DNA from: Lama glama
Taxonomy: Eukaryota
NCBI GenBank assembly: GCA_028534125.1
Contig: CM052816.1
Span: forward strand, 50,718,001-50,782,000
Direction of reading: 5' to 3'
Length of the DNA stretch: 64,000 nucleotides
Part shown: one piece after another, positions 40,085 through 53,646 of the stretch
Layout of the letters: each line of letters starts with the position of its first letter
Numbering within the stretch: the stretch's first letter is position 1
Position numbers and translations under genes: made by a program
Notes under the pieces: model-generated
What the model saw: the letters and a program-made list of their open reading frames with translations, nothing else
Databases searched by the model: none
What the model was told of the DNA's origin: nothing

Positions 40085-41420
40085 TGCTTCTTATGGAAGA
40101 ATAAGGATTAAATTTATCCTCTTTCCTGAAACAATTAGAAAACCAGTCAAAATATAGGAAACAACAACTTTCAAAGCAACGGACATCATATGGAGAAGGA
40201 ACTCTGAGAGATGAAAAACAAATCAGTTGACTTACACAATTGCCTGGTTTACTGCCTGGAGAAATTTTCCAGGCCACAGAAAAGGACAGGAAAGCCAGGG
40301 AGGGCCCAGGGATCTCATGAGTTGAGAAGGCAGCTGTGAGTCTGGGGAAGTCAAGGTGCCTTGAGATTGCAGAGGACCAGAGAGGAGAGAGCAGCACAGA
40401 GAATTTCAGGATCTGGAGAGAAGCAGTGTATGATGAAACTACCTGAACCCGGGGGCAGGGTGGGGAGGCTGGGGAACCTCCTGAAAGAATAAGAAACAGT
40501 ACCAGAATTCATACAGGGCCAGGAAGAGTGCCGGTTTCAACAATTAGAGGAGAGAAGCTCTTAATTAAAGTACTAACAAGAGTCTGACATAATGGAGAAA
40601 AATTAACCCTATGCTAAATGCTGCAAGCAAAGCTTAAAAACAAGACTCATTAGGAACAAATGATCTTAGAACCAGAACAAAGTTCAAGAATATTTACAAG
40701 TATACAAAATAATCCAACACCCAACGAAGTACAATTCACAGTGTCTGGCATCTAAAGGTATGCCAAAAAAAACCAAAAACCAAAAACCAAAAACCAAAAA
40801 ACAAAAAAACAAACCCATGAAAAATAATGAGATAAATCAATCATTTGGAACTGACTTGTAGATGACACAGATGATGGAATTAGATAAGGACATTTAGGCA
40901 GTAAATATTATAATAGTATTTCATACGTTGAAGAAGATAGAAGTAAGGCTGAACAAGTTAAGACATGGAATATATAAAACAACCAACATTTGATTTGTAG
41001 TAATGAAAACTATAATGTCTGATTAAAAAAATTACTGGGTAAGATTAACAGAAGATTGAAAATTTCAGTAGAAAAGCTTACAAAGCTTGAAGACACAGCA
41101 ATATAATGAAAAACACAGAGGAAAATGTCTAAACAACAAAAAAGAACAGAATAACAGTCGTCTGTGGGATGACTTCAAATACTCAAATATACATATAATC
41201 AGTGTTTCCAAAGGAGAGGAGAGAGAAGGGTAAGAAATAAGCGAATTTGAAGAAATACTTGAGGAAAATTGCTCAAATTGATCAAACTATAAACCCACAG
41301 ATCCAAGATGCTCAATGAACCCTGAACACAAGAAATGAGGAAAACTATATCAAGATGCAGCATAATCAAACTGATAAGGAGAAAAGTGCTGTAAGAAAGG
41401 CAAAAATGGTCATGTTTTTA
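40085..41420 (+). mobile_element. Ancient L1 5'UTR/ORF1 remnant (L1M4/L1MC/MD type)
   Basis: ORF1-like decayed sequence: ctgtgggatgacttcaaa...aatatacatataat...ccaaaggagagga...aaacccacagatccaagatgctcaatgaacc; contains (CAAAAAC)n at about 40764-40813. Confidence 0.75.
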
Positions 41421-41595
41421 CGCTTATCTCTGTAAACCTGATCAAAACTTCAATGATTCTGATATCACAAGGAAATAGAGCTTCAGAAATATTTGTCAAA
41501 AATAAAAACAATTCAACACCCATTTATGATAAAAACTCTCACCAAAGTGGATATAGATAATAATAGCTATATATGACAAACCTACAGCCAGCATA

Positions 41596-42954
41596 GTGCT
41601 CAACGGTGAAAAACTCAAAAGCTTCCCACTAAAATCTGGGACAAGACAAGGATGCCCACTATCACCACTCCTATTCAACATAGACCTGGAAGTCCTAGCC
41701 ACAGCAATCAGGCAAGAGAGAGAAATAAAAGGGACCCAAATTGGAAAAGAAGAGGTAAAAGTGTTACTATATGCTGATGACATGTTACTATACATAGAAA
41801 ACCCTAAAAGGTCCATACAAAAACTACTAGAGCTGATTGAAGAATTCAGCAAGATAGCAGGTTACAAGATTAACGTTCAAAAATCAGTGGCATTTCTTTA
41901 CACTAATGATGAATCAACAGAAAAAGAAAGTAAAGAAACAATCCCCTTAAAAATAGCACCCAAAGTAATAAAATACCTAGGAATAAATCTAACCAAGGAG
42001 GTGAAAGAATTATACACAGAAAACTATAAACCATTGATGAAGGAAGTTAAAGAAGACTTTAAAAAATGGAAAGATATTCCATGCTTCTGGATTGGAAGAA
42101 TCAGTATTGTTAAAATGGTCACACTGCCCAAGGCAATCTACAGATTTAATGCAATCCCTGTCAAATTACNNNNNNNNNNNNNNNNNNNNNNNNNNNNNNN
42201 NNNNNNNNNNNNNNNNNNNNNNNNNNNNNNNNNNNNNNNNNNNNNNNNNNNNNNNNNNNNNNNNNNNNNNNNNNNNNNNNNNNNNNNNNNNNNNNNNNNN
42301 NNNNNNNNNNNNNNNNNNNNNNNNNNNNNNNNNNNNNNNNNNNNNNNNNNNNNNNNNNNNNNNNNNNNNNNNNNNNNNNNNNNNNNNNNNNNNNNNNNNN
42401 NNNNNNNNNNNNNNNNNNNNNNNNNNNNNNNNNNNNNNNNNNNNNNNNNNNNNNNNNNNNNNNNNNNNNNNNNNNNNNNNNNNNNNNNNNNNNNNNNNNN
42501 NNNNNNNNNNNNNNNNNNNNNNNNNNNNNNNNNNNNNNNNNNNNNNNNNNNNNNNNNNNNNNNNNNNNNNNNNNNNNNNNNNNNNNNNNNNNNNNNNNNN
42601 NNNNNNNNNNNNNNNNNNNNNNNNNNNNNNNNNNNNNNNNNNNNNNNNNNNNNNNNNNNNNNNNNNNNNTATCCAGAAGGAACCCTACTTCAGGATGACA
42701 CCTGCACCCCAATGTTCATAGCAGCACTATTTACAATAGCCAAGACATGGAAACAGCCTAAATGTCCATCAACAGGTGACTGGATAAAGAAGAGGTGGTG
42801 TATTTATACACCAGAATACTACTCAGCCATAAAAACCGACAACATAACGCCATTTGCAGCAACATGGATGCTCCTGGAGAATGTCATTCTCAGTGAAGTA
42901 AGCCAGAAAGAGAAAGAAAAATACCATATGAGATCGCTCATATGTGGAATCTAA
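41596..42954 (+). pseudogene. L1 ORF2p remnant (reverse transcriptase and C-terminus), 5'-truncated with no endonuclease domain
   Basis: [19 protein letters not shown] catalytic motif, KYLGINL, RFNAIP, and after the gap MFIAALFTIAKTWKQPKCP...EYYSAIK...FAATWM. Confidence 0.93.
42170..42669. other. Assembly gap (500 N)
   Basis: Seen directly. Confidence 1.
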
Positions 42955-45900
42955 AAAACCAACCAAACAAACAAAGCATAAATATAAAACAGAAATAGAC
43001 TCATAGACATAGAATACAGCCTTGTGGTTGCCAAGGGGGTGGAGGGTGGGAAGGGATAGACTGGGATTTCAAAATTGTAGAATAGATAAACAAGATTATA
43101 CTGTATAGCACAGGGAAATATATACAAGATCTTATGGTAGCTCACAGAGAAAAAAATGTGACAATGAATATATGTATGTTCATGTAAAACTGAAAAATTG
43201 TGCTCTACCTTGGAATTTGACACAACATTGTAAAATGATTATAAATCAATAAAAAATGTTAAAAATAAAAAAAAATTTGCTTTAGATGCAGAAGATAGCT
43301 TCCTGTTTTCTAACAATACAGATCATATGAACAACAAAAATTATAATCACTAGAAAAATGTCTTTCCAGTACTGTTTAGTATCTCCCACTTTATACCAGG
43401 ATTTGTTTATTAATTAAAAATATCTTTAAATAAACAAATGGGAGTTGGAGAAAGTGGTGCATATTTAATGAATAAGACAGTAGACTAGCCAAATCAGGGG
43501 ACCATTATTTACTTGTTAGATAAAACTCTGCATGAATATTAAAGTGTTAGGTCATTTCATTTTGATTAGTACTTACAAATAGCTCTACAGTATTACATAC
43601 TAACACTAAAACATTGCTTCATGAAGCTATATAATAGCTTCATGTAAAATGAGTAACAAATGATTTAGAAAACTACCATATAAAAGTAATGCACGAGAGA
43701 GTTGAGTAATTATATTTCAGATAGGAATTAAGCTCTGATTTTTAAAATGGTACTTCTGGAGGCTGAGCTCTTTTCTTTAAAATAAAATTTAAAAAAATCT
43801 AAACACATTCAAACGAGTTTCCTGCCAGTTAAACAACTGAATCAGATTTAATGTGTGGTAGAATCAATTGATGGTTTGTGCAGAAATCCTTATTTGAACT
43901 GGATAAAAAAAATTATTTGTTGAAAACAAAAGTTGTTTCTGCTTTTGTATATAAGCACACCCCTTTTCCCGCTACTGAAAGGATTTGCCATTTTCTCAAA
44001 GGGATAAATTCAAATAAATGTAACATAAATACTGATGAATCCTAGCCCTCCAATACATCAGCTTTTAAAGAATAGTAATCAGGTCATTGCTCTGAAGGAA
44101 GAAAGCAAATATCTTCACATATGAAAAAACCTGATGTGTGAGAAAATTGGACATGATTTTTATTTCAAGTGAGGCTAAACCCAGAACAGTGATAAAAAGG
44201 AAGACTGCTATTTTGGCCTAAAGGCAAAGAAAACATCTATTTTACAGATAGTTGGTACAGCTGAGAAGGACTTTTATAACAATAATGTTTTAAATAAGAA
44301 TTAGGCATCAAATCTTTCTAGTCTTTCTGGTAAGCAAGAGACAACGATGCAGCCTGAATCTGCAGGTTTATTTAATTTTCAAAAACCTTATAAATTCTAG
44401 TAAGCCATTATATCTTGAGGAATGGGACCTCAAGATTATTCCATTTTAGTTGCAGGGAAGATCTTTTCTAAAGCAATTGAACCATTAAAAGCTGAGGGAA
44501 ATCCTGTAAAAGGGTAGACAGAACAATGGAGGTGCATGCCTGAGAAAGGAAGTACCCTACAGGAACAATGGGAGCCTGGAGGCAACGCTATTATGTTGTA
44601 TTCCTCAAAGACTCTATATTGACTAAACTTAGTTGTTTTCCTCTCTTTCAGTTCTCTCTCACTTCTAATTTTTCATGATAAACCAGAAACTAAAAAAAAA
44701 AAAAAAAAAAAAAAAAGAGAGAGAGGAGTGAGCCATACTGTGTCATTTAAGAGCACTCTACTTGGAATACTCTCTTCAATGAGACAGAAAAAAAAAAATT
44801 GAAGCAGAAATGGAAAGAGAAAAAAAAACTTCAAAGATTGGGATCTTTTCCATGATGAAAAAGCTCCCAAGAACTGCTTGAACCTATTTATTCTCATTAG
44901 TCAATTTATGGGACATATTTATGATCAATAAATTTTTTTTAATAAATGATGCAGTGAGAACAAAGATAAAGAAGACATGACATTGGGATTTAAAATAAGC
45001 TCAAGCATAGCAAACAAATATTTTTAGGCAGAAAGCAAACCTCATGCCCCATGGAGGTCCATGCAAATTCAAAGCCAGAATCATGTACCAATGCTCCCTA
45101 TTTGTTTCTCTTCATTTTATATGTTAGAAAAATTCCCTGGGAACCATTGGCCAAATAACTACTGAGAGAACAGAATCAACCATAAGTTGAAAAAGAATGC
45201 GATTCAGTTCAATTCAGCTCCTTTTATGATCCTTAAATTGTTCAGAGGTTAGGTGAAATGGCTCCCAGAACCAGGAAGGAAAGCTTTACTTAAAGTTATC
45301 AAAGGGACATTACAGAAAGACATGGCTTCAGGGATATGGCTGATGAGAAATTGCTTAAGAAGAAAACAAAAGAAAAATGTTAAGTAGGATGAACAAACTT
45401 GACATGGGCATGGTGTTGTTTCCAGAAAACTAAGTCTGAGTTTACTAAAATATTTTTATAATAAATGGATTCTTTTTTCTTCTACTTAAATATTAATGTC
45501 AATAATAGCACGAATACTTGTTGCCTTATGAACTAGTGAGTAATTTATTTATTCTGATTTTGTTACTTTGGAAATCTCAAAATACCCTATTAATTTTTCC
45601 ATTAAAAAAAAATCTCCTAAACTAAGACATGGTTGCTTTAAATTTCCAGTTAGTATTTTCTGCAGAAAAAAATAAATACAAAATTTTTAAAAGATTTTTT
45701 CTCTTGCGCACATAATCATAGGTCATATACCTCTCATTCTTCTTGCCCTTCTTATAGGATATACTTCATATGAATCATTATTGTCTAATGCAGACATCTC
45801 ATCTGCCTGTTTAGAGAGATTCTATTTGTTATAAAGCAAAAGTGAATCTTCCCAGTTTATTTACCACATCTTTCTAAAAAAATAAAACTAAAACCAACCA

Positions 45901-48900
45901 CCGGGAAAAAAATGAGAGAGCTGCAGAATAAATATGCCTCCTGCGGAAGGTTCATCCCCTTTCCCTTTGCCCCCCAAGATGTGTCTGGGTTCAAAAGGAA
46001 TAGAGGACACCCTATTCACCCACATGTGATTCTCTGTGTTGTGGGACGCTCAGCACTTACTGGAGAAGCCCCAGATGTGATGATCCAACTTTCCATATGA
46101 GTGATGATGCTACAAGCCCTGTCTTGCCTATCAATAACCAACCCTCTCCCCAGTCACATGAACTATAGAAAACCTCTGAAAATTTACTTCGAGCAATGTA
46201 TATAAAAACACACAGTGGAGAGAAAATCCACTTCTTCCACCCACAAGCACATTTTTAAATTTATTGTGTGCCAGTACAAAACTATTCCTTCTTATTAGTG
46301 TTGGCATATGGCAGGTGTCAACAGTCAACACATTCTCCCTCTTCTCTTATCTTTGAGGAGCCTAGTTTTTTTCCCCACAAAGGGGAGAGTAAGAGCTAAG
46401 TTGTTCTTAAGTTGTGGAGTGCCAATGCTTCTCAACAAAATAGGAGGTCTCTTATATTATGATACATGGCTCAGAAGATGCTGCCTTTGGGAATCTGCCT
46501 TCTTATGGGCCAAGATAAGGCTAGGATCAGCCAGAAGTATGATCAAGTAGCTTTCTCATGGTTAGACTAATAGTCAATTGAAGTGGGACAATCAGTTTGG
46601 TTGTAATTGATACACAGGTAGCCAATGTTCTTGAATTTAAAATTCAAGGTAGAACCTTGAAAGGGAGAGCCTTGAAGAGAGTTGTCCCTTCCACTCCCAT
46701 AATGGGGAAGACTTCCATTCATTAGTGTGGCTTATTTGAGGGATGACCATGCTATTTAATGTCACCTTTGAAGTGAAAGGAGGTGCTAATGATAGGTACA
46801 CTGAAATAACAGAAGTAATCAAGACTGTCTTAGGCAAAACAGGATGTATGTTCACCCTACTTGGTTCTACGTACACCAGCTCTTATGGCAAACCATCCAT
46901 CCAGCTGTAGATCATTTTCTCCTGTTTACAAAAGTCTTACATCTGTTTTCATTCTTTTGTTCTTCAATAAACTTAAGTATATTTTTGAGGTTCTTTCCAC
47001 AGTGCAATGGCATTAACTTCATGCTGTACAAATTTAAGGTTTATTTTTGAGATTTTCAGGGCTGGAGAAGAGGGACCTGTCCTCTCTAGGATGATGTATA
47101 GAGCCTAGTACATGAGTTGTGGGATCTATGGCCTTCTAATACCTTTGCTTTGTTCTCTGTTGAAAGAAGGATTTTTTTTTCTTTTTATATTGATTATCCC
47201 CACTGGTTGCTTTGCAATACTGATTTGGTCACTAGGTCCACTTCCAGTTCTACTATTAACTGCTGGGAAGAACTTGGGGAAACCATTTCACAGTGTGGTT
47301 TTCTCCCCAGCAATTATGGGGCTAAGCTAGATAAAGTTCTTTCAAAGGTTTCCTTTAGCTTGAATTCCCAGTTAATCGACGCTTCTCATTTTACCATACT
47401 GGTGTGCAAGGTCATTTGAATAATAATTACAATATAAATCCCACAGCTGTAAGAAATTAGCAGAGGGGCCAATCAAAATGTTCTATCTTATTTTATTTTT
47501 TCTTGTCTTCCCTACTTTCCCCTCCTAATAAGTCTTCCTTGTTTCTCTTTATTCTTCATCGTTTTTAAAATTTCAATTTCTTCCTTCCATTTTATTTCTA
47601 AATCTCCTCACCATAACACTTATTCTTCTTCCAATACAAAAAAGAAAACAGTATTAATATCAAAGTGACAAAAAAAGAGAAAAGTAATATTCCTTTGAAT
47701 ATAATAAGCCAATGTGCCTTTCCCTTGATAGTCAAATATTCAGATAAAGAGCCACAAAGGCATTATTCAACCAGAGAAGGTGACATACAGTCATCATGGT
47801 ATTACTCAGATCCTTATCAATCTCACATATATGAGAACAAAAAGTTATCCATGACCAGCAGCAATGTGCTCCCTCCCAGTGAGTTGAGTCAAAGTGGTAA
47901 ATGACAGCAAAGTATGAGATTGCCTTGAGGTCTTGAATGCTCTGCTAAGACCCAGAATCTGCTATGAAAGATAGATAATAATGCAGATAGCTGTGGACCC
48001 TAAACTTTTTCTTCTTTGGTATCTATTGGATTATTGCAGAATAAAAAGCAAAATACTTCTTAATGCTTAAATACAGATTTGCATAGAAAAACAATAAATG
48101 TTGCACACTGTAGATTTGTTATTTCAACATGTCACAATAAAATGGAGGGAAGAAAGCAAGAGGGTATTTTAATGGTAGTGATTTGAAAAAACAACAAATA
48201 TTTATATTTTTCTTGTTTCCCTTTTCTTCCTTCTCCTGTAAATGCATATAAGCTTTATCAATATTTTGCAACCATATTTTCCACCAGGAAATTACAATCC
48301 TAAAGTAATACTTTCACCAAAGTGGGGTAATTAAGTCTTGCACAAATGCTGAGCAGCAACTCTCTTGAACAAAAAGAGAACTTCTTTAATATTTTTTCCC
48401 CCAGAGCTAGCTTCTCAGCATTCAGAGCTTCTAAGACTACAGAAAGAAACTCCTGTGTAGTTTCAGTGTAGATCCAAAGATTTGGTTTATTGAGAAATAC
48501 AAGTTGCTTTAATTGTGGTTACTGAGAGGAATAATATCTTTTGTTTTTCTTTCTGTTGTGTTTGAATACACAGATTTCTGATTATATGTTAAAAACGTCA
48601 TTTCTCCCTTTTCACTATGCTTGGGAGAGCTCAAGTACATGGTAATAAAAAATCCCTTTAGTTTTCTACTGGAAAAAAATGAGTAGCATAAACTTGGCCA
48701 GACAAAAAATGTGATTCTCTAAATATACCCCAATCTCTGTATTTTCATCAACCTAATTAACCCTTTAAAAAGATGAAATCATCATCTTGTCTATCAAGCT
48801 TAAAAACCTGCTAGAAACTATTGCCAAATGGGAACAGCATTAAATTCAACTATTGATGTAGAATTCTGATAAATCTCTATATATTGTACAAATCTCAAAT

Positions 48901-48924
48901 GACTGACTTTGGTTGCAGGCGACA

Positions 48925-49940
48925 AACATTAAAATAAATTTGACTATATCAAAATTAAACATTTCTGTGCATCAAAGGATGCAATCAACAGAATGAAAAG
49001 GCAATCTATATAAATGGAGAAAATATTTGCAAATTATGTAATTGATAAGGGATTAATATCCAGAATACATAAAGAACTCCTACCACTCGACAATAAAAAT
49101 AACCTGATTCACAAATTGGCAAAGGATTTGAATAGACATTTCTCTAAAGATGACACACGAATGGTCAACAAGCACATGAAAAGATGTTCAACATCACTTA
49201 TAAGGGAAACACAAATTAAAACTACAAAGAAGTATCACCTCATATCCACCAGGATGGCTAATCATAAAAACAAAATAGCATGTTGCTGAGGATGCAGAAA
49301 AAGTGGAACTTTTGTGCACTGTTGGGGGAAATGTAAAATGGTGTAGCTTCTGTGGAAAACAGTAAAACAGTTCCTGAAAAAAGTAAAAATACCAGATTCC
49401 ACTTTTAGATATACATCCGAAGGAATGGAGAGAAAGGATTCAGAGAGGTATTTGTACACTTACGTTCATGGAAGCATTATTCACAATAGCCAAAAGGTGG
49501 AAGCAACACAAGTGTCCACTGACAGATGAATGGACAAACCAGAAGTGGTGTACACATACAATAGAATATTATTCAGTCTTAAAAAGAAAGGAAATTCTGA
49601 CACATGCTACAACATGGATGAACCTTGAGGACACTCTGTTATGTGAAATAAGCCAGTCACAAAAAGACCAATACTATAGGATTCCACTTGTATGGGGTAT
49701 GTAGTCAAATTCATAGAAACAGGAAAATAGTTGTTGCCAGGGGCCGGAGAGAGGGAGGAATGGGGAGTTGTTCAACGGGTACAGAGTTTCAGTTTTGCAA
49801 GAAGAAAAATTCTGGAGATTGGTTACACGATGTGAAATACACATAACGATACTGAACTATACACATAAAATGATTAACATAGTAAATTTTATGTTATATG
49901 TATTTTACCACAATTTAAAAAATTAAGATGGTTTAAAAAA
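48925..49940 (+). mobile_element. L1MB-type 3' fragment (decayed ORF2 C-terminus plus 3'UTR)
   Basis: Translations EKIFANY...DKGLISRI...DLNRHFSK...HMKRCSTSL and ALFTIAKRWKQ...EYYS...HATTWMNLED; 3' end tgttatatgtattttaccacaat. Confidence 0.92.
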
Positions 49941-50430
49941 AGAAACTGTAATTGCAAACTATAGTTCTTCAATCAACTGCTAAAGACTTCCTTTTTTCCT
50001 TTGTATGATATTAAAAAAGATTACAGACATTACACACTCTAAGAAATACACGGTTTCATGTAAGATATTATGGAGTAAAATATGAACAAAGATAAAGGGA
50101 CAAAAATACTCAGACTCCTTTAGTCAGTGGGGTAATAAAGAAAGCAAACTTGATGAATGAAGTAGAAAGGGCTCAGTAATAGAAATGGTAATAGGCGACT
50201 TTCTGGAACATTAATATGTGATCTGAATGAACAGAGCATAAAATACAACGTGGGTTCTTCTAGGTCTTCTATCATTAACATGAGCACTCAACAATTTTGT
50301 AAACTCCTGGTGAGAAGAAATTCTTTTTATTCAGTACACCTGCCAAAAGACATCTTAAATGACAGCGATCCTACAGGCAACTAGAAACTTTTTCGAAAAT
50401 AGTATTCCCATCTCCTACAATTACTTCTTT

Positions 50431-50520
50431 TCTGAATTTATTTATTTTTAGAGGAGGGGATTGAATCCAGGACCTTGTGCATGCTCAGCATGTGCTCTAC
50501 TTGAGCTATACCTTCCCCAC
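50431..50520 (-). mobile_element. tRNA-Ala-derived camelid SINE (short, more diverged copy)
   Basis: ggggattgaatccaggaccttgtgcatgctcagcatgtgctctac...gagctatacc matches the 29.6 kb SINE; TSD cctacaattacttcttt (50414-50430) / cctatagttacttcttt (50523-50539). Confidence 0.88.
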
Positions 50521-53204
50521 TGCCTATAGTTACTTCTTTCGGTTGAAGTCTCACTATGAATGCTAAAGGTCTACATTATATGGGAGAGTTTTTCTCATGG
50601 TCAATGAGTGGCCTACCTATTGCTGCCATGGTTCAGAGTTGCCCTTGAATTTGAACAACACTTGGGCCATTAGTGCAGCTTCATTGATGAGGTCATGGTC
50701 CAAGAAGACACAAGCGCTGGGATATCCTCCACCCTTAAGCTAGCTGTCTTCTAGAAGCCTCTTACAGTGAATCCTGGAACCTGCTCCACTTTGCTTGATA
50801 TTCCCCCCAAATACCTCAGGATTGGTTTAATGCCTCAGATTCTACCTTTTCTCTCCATAGGCATTGCGTATCTAAACATGTGACTTTCTAAAGCAAATCA
50901 AAGATGAGATCAATTTTTAAATGAATATGCTTGATGAGCTGAACCAGCAAGATGGAGTTTGACTCTTCTACCAGGCTTCCTAGAAATCTAGGAAGTTAAC
51001 CCCAATTTCATGTAATCAACAGATCACAGCTCATGGAACGTGATTTGCCCAATCAGCCATTAAAAAGTTTTTTGTTTGTTTAGAGCTACTGTTAGGAAAA
51101 GATGGACTTTCTCTATGCCTCTGCCTTGACCCTGGTGGGAAGAGTTGTTCTTCAGAGTTTAACCCACAGTAGTTAGCACTGTTCTCGGGGCTGGTAAACA
51201 GACAGACCTACTGTGAGCACAGACTCAAGGACATAACGCAGCAGGGACAGAATCTCTGGTTCCAATGATAGATTTTCACATGTGGTTATCATTCTTTTCC
51301 CATTCTTCATCACTCATTTGTATTTTGCAATTTAAAACATTTAAATTTTAGAGTCTCCTTGAATGTTCTGACTCGGTGCCATGTTTATGTGTTTGTTTAC
51401 ATTCTTGTTCAAAATGTTTTTTGCATCTCAACCGAAGAAAAATACAATAGGGTTTTATTTTACTCGGTTTGAATTTGCTGAGCCTTGACAGGAACTGGAA
51501 TTCGAGTCGGCAGTTTAAACAGTACATCCTGTATAAAAGTTACAGCACAATGAAGGCATCCATAGAGACTGAGTCCACCCATCACAAAGGCTACAAATCT
51601 CTACCAGGAAGGTCAGCATGTCTGTACCCTAAGATCTCCAATGAGCTTCCTGAAATATCTAGCTCTTTTCCTTTGAAGAAAATGCCTCATGAGGTAGAGA
51701 TGCACCAGGGTCTCATGCGATGTGTGAGTCGTTCTGGTAAGTGAATCTCTTCTTCCCTTATGGAACAAGCAACGCATTGTAACCCCTAACAGAAAACTCC
51801 AGCTGTCCCTTTACACGCCAGTCTTTTGGCAAAGGTTCAGATTTTTTTCCCCCCCTTGAATAGTCATAATTCATAGAGAGAGCCAGACACACAGATTTCT
51901 TTTTTCAACTGACTTTGGGTTTCTTTGGCTATCTTAGCCCTAATTGCTCCTTGCAAACCACCCCTCCTCTCCACGCTGGAAAACTAGAGAGAACCAGTTT
52001 CATGAACCAATAAATACAAGATTTAAAAATTCGCTTTTTGAGACATTTATTGCCAATTTTGATTCAAGTAAAGGAAAATTGTGTAAGTCGGTTATTAGGA
52101 ACTGCAGGTGTGCTTGGAGAGGGAGAAGTCTTCTTATTCAGGAACTATAGATAATCCCCCTTATAAAACTTCTCTAGCTGTAAAAAGGTTTTTTTTTTTC
52201 TCATCCCTTTGGGAAATGCTGTAAGCAGGAAATCGCATATGTGCGTTAAAAGTGAGGTGATAAGCCAATTTTACCAGACTGTACTTTCAGGAAACGACTG
52301 TGAATTTTGAAATTTTGTTGACTCTTCAAAAATTTCTGACTTACTTGAACTCAATTTTAATCAGTTCATACTCTATAGGATTAACTCATTTTGTGTGCAT
52401 GTCATTCTACATGCCTGTGGATAAACTTCCTCAGAAATAATGTTATTTGTTATTTTAAATAATAGTCTTTCTTTCCTGTCCTGAAGTATGCTGTGAGTGA
52501 GGGGGACATCTGAGCCGGGGCCTCAGCCTTTTTTCCCTTTTTTCTTTTGTCCATTAAGCTGTGCATTATGAGTTCTCCTTGAAGTGGGGACACCCATGTG
52601 TGAGGAAAGCTAAGGGAGGCCATTTGAACATTTTTAAGAAGCAGAGGTTTTGTTTTCTTTTCTGCCACACAGCTGACCTGAAGGGGGGTCAGGATTTGAG
52701 GGGTAAATATATTTTTGCACCAGTACTAGTCTGGGTGTTACACACACAGTCCACGCCTCAAGGAGCTTAGCAACCCACAGGCAGAGCGAGATATACATGT
52801 CTCCCAGATATATGGCTACACAGAGCAGGGCATGTTCAGGGGCCCAGCTGAATGGAGCAGATGGAACAAATTACATGCACTGCGGGAGGAACTGGTGCCC
52901 ACGGGTAGGGGACAGTGGTCAGTGGAGGGGAGATGGGAAGAATGAGCTGCCTTCCAGGGTGGACATGGCTTGGCTTGTCAAAGGATATTGCATACAGAGG
53001 AAGAAAGAGGAGCCAAGGAGAAGGTGTTCTGGTGGTGTGGGGAAGGAGAGAAAGAAAGAGTGGACTGTGGGGCTTGGCTGCCAGGCAGAAAAGTTTGTGA
53101 GAGAAAACCTGCAGAAGAGTCAGGCAGGCTGTTGGCACCCAGGTGGATCTTGTCTGAAACAGTCTAGGTGAGATCTGTTTGGTCTCAGTAGCCTTAAAAG
53201 TCTT

Positions 53205-53646
53205 TGCAGAGGTCTGTTTGGGACCCTGTGCCGGGCCTCCCAGATCTCCTTTCAGGACTGAAGGATGCATTCTCACAACTCTTGGGAATCCTGCCAGCAA
53301 ACAGACCTCAGTTGTTGGGTCTCCCTGGGGATTGCTTCCGCTGACAAGAGCTGCCCCTTCTTGGGGCCACCCATACCTAAAACTCCATGGGGTGAGAGTG
53401 AGTATAAAAGTCTGCCCCCTTCGGTCTGACTTGGGAAGTCTCTGAAGGGTTATCCTGGCTTAAGTGTCCCCCGCCGGGCCTGCCCAGGCCTCGCTGTAAC
53501 TGCTCTGCAGCCCAGCTTCTCCCTCTGCCCAACTGGCTTCCTTCCCTCCCTGCTACACTCATTGATCTCAGAGTACTGCCTGCTAACCCTCCTGCGTATT
53601 CATCTCCATCTAAGAAAATGCTTCCCACACAACCCAACCTGCAATG
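53205..53646 (+). mobile_element. ERVL solo LTR (LTR16A-like)
   Basis: gtataaaag...cttctccctctgcccaactggcttcc...ttgatctcagagtactgcc...cctcctgc...atctccatct...aacccaacctgcaa is collinear with the recalled LTR16A consensus. Confidence 0.8.

Larger units (their letters stand above)
41490..43275 (+). mobile_element. Young 5'-truncated L1 (RT domain to polyA tail), spanning an assembly gap
   Basis: Uninterrupted ORF2 on both sides of the gap, 3'UTR, AATAAA near 43248 and A-tail. Confidence 0.95.

Noticed and set aside
42092..42721. Long ORFs spanning the N-run (209 aa and 183 aa, and the joined 452 aa length)
   Set aside because: Their length is an artefact of translating Ns.
46099..46180. Box C (GTGATGA) ... 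box D (CTGA) spaced like a C/D snoRNA
   Set aside because: There is no terminal stem and no recognisable rRNA guide; such pairs occur by chance.
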